In this document: positions 10,538 through 19,194 of the stretch, one piece after another
Layout of the letters: every line of letters starts with the position of its first letter
How positions within the stretch are numbered: the stretch's first letter is position 1
Origin: Candidatus Latescibacterota bacterium
GTDB lineage: Bacteria > Latescibacterota > UBA2968
Length of the DNA: 64,000 nucleotides
NCBI GenBank assembly: GCA_965207885.1
Contig: OZ242311.1
Coordinates: 3,104,001-3,168,000, forward strand
Reading direction: 5' to 3'
The notes under the pieces: model-generated
The model's database searches: none
What the model was told of the DNA's origin: nothing
The model's input: only the letters and a program-made list of their open reading frames with translations
Position numbers and translations under genes: made by a program

Positions 10538-10553
10538 TGCAAATAGTGTTCCC
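10538..10553 (-). promoter_or_regulatory. possible sigma54 (-24/-12) promoter of the ABC/RND operon
   Basis: GGGAAC-ACTAT-TTGCA: correct GG-N10-GC spacing, 2 mismatches to TGGCAC-N5-TTGCA, about 45 nt upstream of the ATG. Confidence 0.4.
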
Positions 10554-10570
10554 ATATACGGCAAAATTTA

Positions 10571-10596
10571 GCGGTTGGGCCAACCAGCCCAACCGC
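10571..10596. repeat. perfect GC-rich hairpin (REP-like or terminator) downstream of fdhD
   Basis: GCGGTTGGGC-caacca-GCCCAACCGC. Confidence 0.6.
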
Positions 10597-10627
10597 CTAT
10601 AGGGGATGCGAGACCTCTTTCCCCACC

Positions 10628-11455
10628 CTATTGCACAGCCCCTGTATAAATGACCATCCTTTTGTCGCGTACAAAACCAATGAGAGTTATTCCCATCGCC
10701 TGTGCAAGATCTACTGCCAATGAACTCGCTGCAGATACGGCAACCACGACAGGTATGCGCGCAACAACGGCCTTTTGCACGATTTCAAAACTCGCTCTGC
10801 TACTTACCGCGAGTATCTGAACTCCCTCTCCTTCTACTATGTTATGCGTTTCGATCAAATGTCCTACAACCTTATCTACTGCATTGTGTCGGCCAATATC
10901 TTCAAAACAGCAATACATATCTCCCGTTTCTGAAAATGCGGCAGCAGCATGAACACCCCCTGTTTGTGCAAACACGTACTGGGATTGACGCATTTGTTCT
11001 TGTGCATAAAAAATCATCGCTGTCCGAACGGCGCGATTGTCGTCCATCGGCTGGCACCGTTGCATCATATCTTCTATCTGCTCCCGCCCACATACCCCAC
11101 ACGCCGATGAAGTCAATGTGCCTCTTCGTCCCGCTCGAATCCTTTCGGGATCGAGTATCTCGCCCGGACGAGGGAGAACATCAATAACATTTCCATACTC
11201 AGGAGTCCCCGGGCGACCGCAGTGTTCCGCACGTCCGACATCGCCAATTTCACGAATGATCCCCTCGCCATACAAAAATCCCAGCGCAAGGGCGCGGTCA
11301 TCCCCCGGCGTTCGCATGGTCACGGCAACGGATTCCCCGGCAACGCGAATTTCAAGTGGCTCCTCTACGACCAGCACATCATCTGCGGATTTGCCAATAG
11401 AGCCATCATACCGCGTGACGCGGTGTATTACACTGGTTTCTGATTTTGCTCTCAT
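10628..11455 (-). CDS. fdhD: formate dehydrogenase accessory sulfurtransferase FdhD
   Basis: EEPLEI, TMRTPG, SACGVCG, TGGVHAAA and EDIGRHNAVDKVVG motifs. Confidence 0.95.
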   Translation of the reverse strand: MRAKSETSVIHRVTRYDGSIGKSADDVLVVEEPLEIRVAGESVAVTMRTPGDDRALALGFLYGEGIIREIGDVGRAEHCGRPGTPEYGNVIDVLPRPGEILDPERIRAGRRGTLTSSACGVCGREQIEDMMQRCQPMDDNRAVRTAMIFYAQEQMRQSQYVFAQTGGVHAAAAFSETGDMYCCFEDIGRHNAVDKVVGHLIETHNIVEGEGVQILAVSSRASFEIVQKAVVARIPVVVAVSAASSLAVDLAQAMGITLIGFVRDKRMVIYTGAVQ

Positions 11456-11612
11456 GTATTATCCTCATTAACAATCATAAAATAAGCGACATATAGAACA
11501 AATGCAATTTTTCAATTTTGTGACACTATGAAACATTTTTGTCTTGCATCTTAGATGTTTAGGGCTATATTAGCCAATGGCTTGAGAATATATTGTGAAA
11601 TGGGAGGACCGT

Positions 11613-11909
11613 ATGACGATGACAAAAAAAGACATCGCGTTAAAAATTTCCGATCGTCTGGGAATCAAAAAACAACTCGCTTATGAGATTGTAAATACAC
11701 TTTTTAATACGATGCGCGAAAACCTGATCGCCGGTGATCGAATCGAAATCAGAGGATTTGGTGTGCTGGGTATCAAGCCGACCAAGCCCAAACCCGCTGC
11801 ACGCAACCCCCGCACAGGCGAGATTGTCTATGTTCCTGCGCGGCGAAAGAGCTATTTCAAAGCTGGTGTTCTGATCAAGAAAGCATTGCACGAGCCTTTG
11901 GATTCATAG
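11613..11909 (+). CDS. integration host factor / HU-family DNA-binding protein
   Basis: MTKKDI...IEIRGFG...ARNPRTGE; GGAGG RBS before ATG 11613. Confidence 0.93.
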   Translation: MTMTKKDIALKISDRLGIKKQLAYEIVNTLFNTMRENLIAGDRIEIRGFGVLGIKPTKPKPAARNPRTGEIVYVPARRKSYFKAGVLIKKALHEPLDS

Positions 11910-12020
11910 GCATTGTCTAACTATCTATATTTTTGAAACAGGCAGGTAGTAGCATAATGAAGTAAGTCATAAACACAAACGTTTACGCCACAAGCGGTTT
12001 ACAAATGAATCGGTACACAT

Positions 12021-12049
12021 AAAAGGTCCAGTAATTAGCTGGACCTTTT
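12021..12049. terminator. bidirectional intrinsic terminator
   Basis: AAAAGGTCCAG-taattag-CTGGACCTTTT between convergent genes. Confidence 0.8.
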
Positions 12050-12122
12050 TCATTTGAATTATCGAACTGATAACCGAAAGGGTATGAGGTATAATATGCC
12101 GTTGTGCGCCAATTCCTCAAAC

Positions 12123-12208
12123 CTATTCATCTGCTATTGTAGCCGCATCATCTGCTTCTGCTTCAACCTGACTGTTTGATGTCAAAAACTCATACGCTTT
12201 ATTCAACA
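12123..12208 (-). CDS. exon 2 of intron-split small protein: (V)LNKAYEFLTSNSQVEAEADDAATIADE*
   Basis: Begins right after the intron 3' end (...CCTACCCTAC|TG TTG AAT). Joining to exon 1 restores the frame (G|TG = Val) through to TAG at 12123. Confidence 0.88.
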
Positions 12209-12308
12209 GTAGGGTAGGCTGCTGGCGAGTTACCCAAAGGCACTTTTCCATCAGCCCCCCTCCGAACCGGACGTGATAGTTTCCCATCATCCGGCTCTCC
12301 AGTAACTT

Positions 12309-14093
12309 TCACCGTTTTGAGGTCGGCCCGCCTCGATGGATGTTGATATGACAGCTTTTACAGACGACAAGTGTTTTTCTGCGTCTTGCTGCCATTTTAT
12401 GTTTCCATCTTGGCTTTTTCTTCCTTCCCGGCTTGTCCACATCCGTTAGTTTGCGTATGTGGTGAACTTCTACTTCTTGCCGAGAACCACATAATTCACA
12501 TTCTGATGCCGTTAAGCGTTGTATTAGCTCGCTACGACTCCAGTATGGTTTTATGTCTTTCAGGCCGTCCTTGATTACCGCGTTCTCTGTGTTGCGTATT
12601 AAGGGAACCCCTCCAAAGTATGCGATTAGGGGCTTTTTACCTTCTCTTTCTACGGTTACTTGTATGCATTTTCGTGGGCCTCTTGGGGTAATTACTTTAC
12701 CCTTATATTTCCTTGCCGTTTTTCTCACTTGCGATTTGTGTTTATTCGCAAGTGTCTTTAGCAGGGACGTTTGTATGACCCATTCCAATTTGCTCAGTCT
12801 CCGTATGTTGTTTGCGAGTTGGTAGTATTGCACAAAGCCTCTATATTCCCTTTGATAGCGGGATATGATGTCAAAGTCGCTGTCCTGTAACAATTGTGGT
12901 CGCGCCTCTGGCTTCCCGTTTCTCATATAGGTATTGCATCTCGCATCACTTACATCTTTGGGGATGTATAAGCCGAGTCTTCCATTAATGGCCCTTTTCT
13001 TAATGTAGCTGTCCATTTGTGTGTTACTGAAATATCCCTTGATTTCGTATCCTAAAAATCTGGCTCTTTCGGTGGTTACGTGGGTTATTAGGGTCTTTTC
13101 TTCTGAAAGTTCGAGCTTCATATCTTGCAGGAATTTCTTTAGAATTGACTTAATTCCCCTTGCTTCCATTTTGGAGCCTACTAATCCTATTAGGAAGTCG
13201 TCAGCGTATCTTATGTAGTATATTCTTTTGAAATCGGGGTCGTCTTGGAGTGAGCAGGGTATTTTCTGCATCTTCTGTCTATACTCCTTTGCTTCTTCAA
13301 ATCGACCTTTCTTTTTCAGGTGATATACTTTGTTAATCAGATACCTGTATTCAGGGTTTTTCTTTCGGCTTTTTCCTTTTGTGAATAGAGATTTGAGGGT
13401 GTTTTCAACAAATTTATCCAGTCTATCGAGGTAGATATTTGAGAGTATCGGGCTTACGATTCCCCCTTGTGGCGTTCCGCTCAAGGTGGGTGTGTAATTC
13501 CAATTCTCCATATATCCTGCTTTGAGTAGATTGGATATTAACCGCAGAAATCGGTTGTCTCGGATTTTCTCTCGGAGTATTGATAGTAAGATTTGGTGGT
13601 CTATATTATCGAAGCACCCCTTAATATCTCCTTCGACAAACCATTTCGTTCCGTTCCACTTTTTGACTGCTTGTAATGCCGTGTGACAGCCTTTATTTGG
13701 TCGGAACCCGTGAGACAAGCTGCTAAATTGCGGTTCATAATACGCTTCTAATATGGAGCGTATTACTTCCTGCACAAGTTTGTCTGTCCACGTAGGAATG
13801 CCTAACGGTCGCATTTTACCGTTTTTCTTTGGTATATGTGTCCGTCTCACTGGAGTCCATCTGAAGCGTTCATAGCGTATTTGTTCTATGATTGCTTTAA
13901 TTTTCTTCAGTGACATTCCATCAACGGTTTCTTCCGTTATACCTTTGGTCATTGCGCCTTTGTTGCGTTGAATGCGACTGTAGGCCCGCAGGTATAGATC
14001 GGGGTTGAACATTTGTCGATAAACGTCTTCAATGGGTAATCCTCTTAAACCTCGATTTCGGATGATACCTAATACTGTTTCGGCGTCTCGCAT
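12309..14093 (-). CDS. ltrA: group II intron-encoded RT/maturase with C-terminal HNH endonuclease (LtrA-like)
   Basis: RPLGIP, HGFRP, EGDIKGCFD, GTPQGG and YIRYADD RT motifs; X domain; CELC...EVHH...CKSCH En domain. Confidence 0.95.
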   Translation of the reverse strand: MRDAETVLGIIRNRGLRGLPIEDVYRQMFNPDLYLRAYSRIQRNKGAMTKGITEETVDGMSLKKIKAIIEQIRYERFRWTPVRRTHIPKKNGKMRPLGIPTWTDKLVQEVIRSILEAYYEPQFSSLSHGFRPNKGCHTALQAVKKWNGTKWFVEGDIKGCFDNIDHQILLSILREKIRDNRFLRLISNLLKAGYMENWNYTPTLSGTPQGGIVSPILSNIYLDRLDKFVENTLKSLFTKGKSRKKNPEYRYLINKVYHLKKKGRFEEAKEYRQKMQKIPCSLQDDPDFKRIYYIRYADDFLIGLVGSKMEARGIKSILKKFLQDMKLELSEEKTLITHVTTERARFLGYEIKGYFSNTQMDSYIKKRAINGRLGLYIPKDVSDARCNTYMRNGKPEARPQLLQDSDFDIISRYQREYRGFVQYYQLANNIRRLSKLEWVIQTSLLKTLANKHKSQVRKTARKYKGKVITPRGPRKCIQVTVEREGKKPLIAYFGGVPLIRNTENAVIKDGLKDIKPYWSRSELIQRLTASECELCGSRQEVEVHHIRKLTDVDKPGRKKKPRWKHKMAARRRKTLVVCKSCHINIHRGGPTSKR

Positions 14094-14311
14094 CTCGCGT
14101 GCCTCCTGTATTATTGTATCCAGTTACCTGTTTTCCTTCGCCTTGTGGACGGCTTTCCCGTCCTCTGACTACTATGAAAACTCCGTTACCATAGGACTCG
14201 CGTCCCGTAGGCAATCCCGTGTTTTTCTGTTGTGGTCTGTATTAGTGTGGGTTAGGTAGTCCACTCATTCCTTAAATGAGCTACATTGCTCATCGTTGGC
14301 AGTTCCAAAGG

Positions 14312-14342
14312 TTATGGGAAAGCATTGGTTAATTTCCCATAA
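14312..14342 (-). other. intron domain Id3 stem-loop carrying EBS1 (CCAAUGC) and delta
   Basis: Stem ttatgggaaa/tttcccataa; minus-strand loop UUAACCAAUGC pairs with exon end GUAUUGG (14612-14606). Confidence 0.85.
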
Positions 14343-14605
14343 AACTGATACCGGTATCGGACGACTTTCCGGTAGGGCGAAGCGACCGTCCTTCTGGAAT
14401 TGGACTTCGGGCAGTTTAGCTCTTACCATACCACACAGGTCTTGCGGAGCAAATGTTTTTGTCGCCTTCTCTACATTCTCCGCTTTACGAATATGCTATT
14501 TTCCCTTTCGCCTTTCGGTTCCGGTTGATTCGTTGACCTATGGACGTTCCTTTGAGTCCATCCTGATTTAGTCAGGAATACCACATCAGACGCTACACGG
14601 CGCAC

Positions 14606-14795
14606 CCAATACGGCTTTGGGAATGTCGTTCACCTTCAAGCTATTGGTTGTTTGCCAATTCCCCTCTTTGTCCAAATAACTTCGCTGAAATGAAACCGTG
14701 CGTACAGTGAAAGATTCTTCACCGCGCTTGTATTCATTTTCAAAAATCGAAGCACTACACAGACCATGACGAAATGTAATTTCGGGTTGTGCCAT
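14606..14795 (-). CDS. exon 1 of intron-split small protein (63 codons + 1 nt); spliced product 91 aa, putative ssDNA-binding protein
   Basis: Strong RBS GGGAGGTG; MAQPEITFRHGLCSASIFENE...VSFQRSYLDKEGNWQTTNSLKVNDIPKAVL|G, then GTGCG intron start. Confidence 0.88.
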
Positions 14796-14851
14796 CCTGT
14801 TTCACCTCCCTTCTATTTGGTAAAAGGTAAAAAATAAAATAATATCGCTTC

Positions 14852-17800
14852 TCACTTCAAGAGCGCGACGCGCTGGGTAAATGTCGCTTCGTTGTTTTTT
14901 AAAAGGATGATATAAATTCCGGAACTCACAGATACTCCAAAGTCATTTTTGCCATCCCATATACGCCGATAATATCCGGCTGGCAAATGCTGTTGAACCA
15001 ATCGTCTGATAGGTTGTCCCAGAATATTGTATATAGTCACATAAACAGGGCCTCCTGTAGTGTAAAAACCCAATACAGTTGTAGAATTGAAGGGATTGGG
15101 TGATGGGTAAATACCCTCTTTGTAATTCTCTTCCTCCTCACCTGGTTTGGAATTATCAGAAATAGGACTATTAACTGTCTGGTCTTCACCATCAAAAACA
15201 ATCGGTTTTCCCGATACAGCACCCACACCAGTCAGGGTGTCTGATTTCACCTCCGAAATAGATGATGTGCCGGGCGACATTGCGTGCTTGCCGGGGATTT
15301 TGGGATGTAACTCTGGAGGGGCATCAGGCAATAATAGCCATGAAACGTCTGGGGTAGCTTTTGGTACGCGCACAGACCGCGCCACGGTCTTGCTATCGGG
15401 CATGATCAGATGGACGACATCACCACCGCTACTGAGTCCATTGCCAATCTGACCTTCAGCAGACAAGACAGTACCGGGGATACCTGCGGGCGTTCCCCCA
15501 CCAAAAATGGTGACATAACCGCTGGGCACGAGTACGACATCATCGGGAAAGGAAAAGAATCGAGAGACCACGATATCGTCATCGCCGAGTAGCCACCCGC
15601 TCAGGTCGAGCGTATCTGCACCGATATTGGTCAATTCGACAAAAGCATCTGCATGCCGATCGACAATTCCATCGTTATTGACATCCACCTGTTCGGGTAA
15701 CATCAAGATTTCGGAAAATACCAGGCCATCTGGAACAGTCAATCCCTCGGGCTCAATCGGATCATCGCCGGGCATTAAGCGTCCGATAGAGATAGATTTC
15801 CCTTCGTATATCTCATTGTGTAATAGATAATTTCCGTCATCGTCTCTCGCAAAGGATATGCCCTGGCGCGCGTTCTCATACGTCATTTTAGAGACCACTG
15901 TACTTCCATCTGGTGCCAGTAACTGCACGGTATCACCTCCATTGGCCAGCCCATCGCCAATGCGACCGTCATCAGCAAAAATCCACTCGCTAACTGGCAT
16001 ATCTCCCCCACCAAAGAGCACGACGACTGCTTGCGTATCGAGCACTGTGCTATCGGGAAATTGAAAAAGTTTTTCCACAGGTACATCGTCATCACCAAGG
16101 TAATAGCCGCCAATATCAATGGGGTGCCTACCCAAATTCGCTATCTCTACAAACTCATCCTGATAGGTGTGTCGCCCCCCATCGCCATTGGTATCGCCTG
16201 CATCGCCTGCGGCGGGATTGGGATAGACTTCAGAGATTACCAGGCCTTCGGGAGGTTGGAATATGTCGAGTGTCGCTGTATTTATGGAATCCGCCGCTTG
16301 TCCATCTGGTGATGTACCGGGCGACATTGCGTGCCTGCCGGGGATTTTGGGATGTAACTCTGGAGGATCACCGGGCGAAAATAGCCATGAAATGTCTGGG
16401 GTAGCTTTTGGTACGCGCACAGACCGCGCCACAGTCTTACTATCGGACATGATTAGATGGACGACATCGCCGCCACCAGCGAGGCCATTGCCGATTCGAT
16501 CTCCCACAGACAAAACGCGACCGGGAATACCTGAAGGCGTTCCCCCACCAAAAATGGTGATATAACCACCGGGCACGAGCACGACATTATCGGGAAAAGA
16601 GAAAAACTTAGAGACAATAATATCGTCATCGCCGAGTAGCCACCCGCTCAGGTCGAGCGTATCCGCACCGATATTAGTCAATTCAACAAAAGTATCCTCA
16701 TCTCGATCAACAATCCCATCGTTATTGGCATCCACCTGTTCGGGCAGCATCAAGATTTCGGAAAATACCAGGCCATCGGGGACAGTCACCTCCTCAGTCA
16801 ACCCTTCGGGTTCAATCGGATCATCACCAGGCCTTAAGCGTCCGACTGAAGTAGGCTCTTCTTCGTATATCTGATTGTGTAATAGATAATTGCCGCCTTC
16901 ATTTCTGGCATAGGATACGCCTCTGGCTGAGTGTTCATATCCCATTGAGGCGACCACTGTGCTGCTATCAGGTGCCAATAACTGCACGGTATCGCTCCAG
17001 TTGGATAAGCCATCTCCAATGCGACCGTCATCGGCAAAAACCCGACCGCTAACTGGCATATCCCCACCGCCAAAGAGCACGACAACTGCTTGTGTATCGA
17101 GCACTGTGTTATCGGGAAATCGAAAAAGCTTTTTTACAGGCACATCGTCATCACCGAGAAAATAGCCGCCAATGTCAATGGGATTCTCGCTCAGATTCGC
17201 CACTTCGATAAACTCGTCCTGATAGGTGTGCCGCACCCCATCGCCATTGGTATCACCCGCGTTCCCCCAGGCGGGATTGGGATGCACCTCCGAGATCACC
17301 AATGGCGGTTTTTCCTTTTCCAACACCCGGATATATGTGTGAAGGCTCTCGCGACCATTCCATAAAAACCCGACCTTCGTCTCACCAGCACGCACAGCAA
17401 CCACCTTGTTGCTCTGTTCAATTCGCACGATAGTGGTATCCCACGATACCCATAAAACCTCATCCTCAATCCGCCTTGTTTCCCCAGTTTCGTGGCTATA
17501 AATCGCTGGGATCAGATAAACGTATTCTCCTGCTATCAGGTCCACATATTCGGGAAGGGACTCGAGTTTATCAAAAAGCGACCGTGGTTTACCCGGCGAA
17601 AACAACCCTCTTCCAGGGGAAGCACTGTGCAACACCCACCTGCCAGTTCCTTCCGGATACCGCACCAGAGATTGATCCTTGCCCCCCTCACTTCCCCATT
17701 CCGCGCTTGCAATCGTATCGCCTGAAATTGGATTGATCAGAAACACCGCATCTCCCGAATTGCTCAATCCCCCACCGATCCTGCCATCATCAACAAAAAC

Positions 17801-18139
17801 TTTGCCTTCAAACCCGGTCGGCGTTCCGCCGCCAAAAAGTACGATATATTCGCCCGGATCAATCCGGGTGTTTTCAGGGAAAGTGAACGGTCCTTTTGAA
17901 CCGGGTTTCAAGTCTGACAATTGCCATCCACCGATATCAATAGACTCCGGTCCAGTATTCAGTATTTCTATAAACTCGTCCTTATTTCCGTCTCGGGTTC
18001 CATCCCTATTGGCATCGCCTCTATCTCCCGATGGCGGATCTGCAAGGATCTCATTGATTACGACAGCCGATTCAGTGTGCAAAACTTGTGCAAAAAAAAG
18101 CATTCCTGATATTACAATACCAATCCCGTATCTCACCAT
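14852..18139 (-). CDS. secreted multi-lamin-tail-domain protein with Ig-like (Big_2) segment and C-terminal FlgD-Ig/T9SS-like domain
   Basis: Signal peptide; five LTD repeats (VINEI/VISEV...EFIE..N....IDIGG..L.D); DxNxDG Ca-loop motifs; C-terminal PNPFNSTT...IYNILGQ...WDGKN...SSGIY; start at ATG 18139 after a GAGG RBS. Confidence 0.85.
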   Translation of the reverse strand: MVRYGIGIVISGMLFFAQVLHTESAVVINEILADPPSGDRGDANRDGTRDGNKDEFIEILNTGPESIDIGGWQLSDLKPGSKGPFTFPENTRIDPGEYIVLFGGGTPTGFEGKVFVDDGRIGGGLSNSGDAVFLINPISGDTIASAEWGSEGGKDQSLVRYPEGTGRWVLHSASPGRGLFSPGKPRSLFDKLESLPEYVDLIAGEYVYLIPAIYSHETGETRRIEDEVLWVSWDTTIVRIEQSNKVVAVRAGETKVGFLWNGRESLHTYIRVLEKEKPPLVISEVHPNPAWGNAGDTNGDGVRHTYQDEFIEVANLSENPIDIGGYFLGDDDVPVKKLFRFPDNTVLDTQAVVVLFGGGDMPVSGRVFADDGRIGDGLSNWSDTVQLLAPDSSTVVASMGYEHSARGVSYARNEGGNYLLHNQIYEEEPTSVGRLRPGDDPIEPEGLTEEVTVPDGLVFSEILMLPEQVDANNDGIVDRDEDTFVELTNIGADTLDLSGWLLGDDDIIVSKFFSFPDNVVLVPGGYITIFGGGTPSGIPGRVLSVGDRIGNGLAGGGDVVHLIMSDSKTVARSVRVPKATPDISWLFSPGDPPELHPKIPGRHAMSPGTSPDGQAADSINTATLDIFQPPEGLVISEVYPNPAAGDAGDTNGDGGRHTYQDEFVEIANLGRHPIDIGGYYLGDDDVPVEKLFQFPDSTVLDTQAVVVLFGGGDMPVSEWIFADDGRIGDGLANGGDTVQLLAPDGSTVVSKMTYENARQGISFARDDDGNYLLHNEIYEGKSISIGRLMPGDDPIEPEGLTVPDGLVFSEILMLPEQVDVNNDGIVDRHADAFVELTNIGADTLDLSGWLLGDDDIVVSRFFSFPDDVVLVPSGYVTIFGGGTPAGIPGTVLSAEGQIGNGLSSGGDVVHLIMPDSKTVARSVRVPKATPDVSWLLLPDAPPELHPKIPGKHAMSPGTSSISEVKSDTLTGVGAVSGKPIVFDGEDQTVNSPISDNSKPGEEEENYKEGIYPSPNPFNSTTVLGFYTTGGPVYVTIYNILGQPIRRLVQQHLPAGYYRRIWDGKNDFGVSVSSGIYIILLKNNEATFTQRVALLK
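15263..17299. repeat. intragenic ~1 kb direct duplication (copies ~16310-17299 and ~15263-16240), each encoding two lamin-tail domains
   Basis: Long near-identical nucleotide blocks (e.g. gtagcttttggtacgcgcacagaccgcgccac twice); 12-nt indel (EGLTEEVTVPDG vs EGLTVPDG). Confidence 0.9.
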
Positions 18140-18175
18140 ATTGACCTCGCGCAATGTTTTTTTGATCGTGACATC

Positions 18176-18191
18176 TGCAAAACGCGTGCCA
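18176..18191 (-). promoter_or_regulatory. sigma54 (-24/-12) promoter
   Basis: TGGCAC-GCGTT-TTGCA, an exact match to the TGGCAC-N5-TTGCW consensus, ~36 nt upstream of the LTD gene ATG. Confidence 0.8.
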
Positions 18192-18417
18192 AAATCTAAA
18201 AAATGCCGCAAGAGACATTAAATCAGTGAGTTATGTTCCTGAAAGGTTATATAACCAAACTCCTTGGGAGTACGAATCGTTCAATTTTCGGCAATGAATG
18301 GATCAAATTTTTCAAAAAAAAACCGACCACCAAAGTGACCGGGATTCATTTATGCTTGACGTATATGGAAAAAACGTGTTATTGATTACGTCGTCTAACC
18401 AACAGGAGGATAAGACT

Positions 18418-19194
18418 ATGGACTGTAAATTACCCGAAGACTTTCACGCAGTTCTCCAAATAGAGAATGCGTCTGAACGCTTTGAGGAAGCCTTGCAAGT
18501 CGCCGAAAAAATTTCTGCTGCTGGCGTCAAATTGTATCCCAACATGGACCACGCAGCGATCTTTACAGATCCTCCGTACCTCGTCGCGGGACCTCTAAAA
18601 ACGATGGGTTATATTGCGGGCTGGGACACCAGGTGTTATCCCTCACCTGTCGATGAACAGGATTATATCAACGTGCCATCGGGTTTGCCGTTCGGGCATC
18701 CTGCCCTCGCACGTGGCTGGTTTCACTATGTCGCAGTGGTTCATCCCGTTGACCAACCCGCGCTTGATCAGATGCTTGGGCAGGGATACGGCAATCCCTT
18801 TATCCACCACCTGACCTGGGGGATAGTGCCGCCAGATCGAAATGGCGGCGATGAATTCGACTATGCCTGCAGGATTATTTCCCACATGGTTAGCACTCGA
18901 CAACGCATCGGAGGTTATCTCAATACAGAACCGGGAACCCTGATTATGGCATTGCCTCCCGATATTACACAACATCCACGATTTGAAACCACCCTTCCCC
19001 AATTGCTCGACGGATTAGACACCGACGCTTACCAGGTTGAAACCATGCAAGGTGGCGGGTTTCTGATTCAGTTTTTTGTGCTAACTGGCGGGCGGATTGA
19101 AGTTGCACTCCGCATCAATACCCAGCAGACCTTCAATCCCAAAAGTGTACACAAAATCTCAGAAGACGAAATCAGCACTCAGCAGACAGACTAA
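18418..19194 (+). CDS. hypothetical protein; possible VOC-superfamily (HPPD/DUF1338-like) Fe(II) enzyme
   Basis: AGGAGG RBS before ATG 18418; motif order DH...HHLTW...FLIQFF...IEVALR...F resembles the HPPD C-terminal domain. Confidence 0.55.
   Translation: MDCKLPEDFHAVLQIENASERFEEALQVAEKISAAGVKLYPNMDHAAIFTDPPYLVAGPLKTMGYIAGWDTRCYPSPVDEQDYINVPSGLPFGHPALARGWFHYVAVVHPVDQPALDQMLGQGYGNPFIHHLTWGIVPPDRNGGDEFDYACRIISHMVSTRQRIGGYLNTEPGTLIMALPPDITQHPRFETTLPQLLDGLDTDAYQVETMQGGGFLIQFFVLTGGRIEVALRINTQQTFNPKSVHKISEDEISTQQTD

Larger units (their letters stand above)
12209..14605 (-). mobile_element. group II intron, subgroup IIA / ML (LtrB-like) lineage, 2397 nt
   Basis: 5' end GTGCG at 14605; domain V GAGCCGGATGATGGGAAACTATCACGTCCGGTTC at 12297-12264; domain VI ending CCTACCCTAC at 12209; EBS1 loop complementary to the exon 1 end; intact IEP. 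Confidence 0.95.

Noticed and set aside
12309-14605. Retron or Abi-type defence RT
   Set aside because: The GTGCG 5' end, domains V/VI, EBS1-IBS1 pairing and frame restoration on splicing identify a group II intron.
14586-14795. Stand-alone 69-aa ORF as given in the track
   Set aside because: Its last residues (GAPCSV) are read from intron sequence; the real gene continues in exon 2 at 12208-12123.
12309-17299. Diversity-generating retroelement (RT next to a duplicated sequence)
   Set aside because: The RT has X and En domains and sits within full group II intron ends. The nearby duplication is ~1 kb, in frame, and its differences are not confined to adenines; no Avd-like gene is present.
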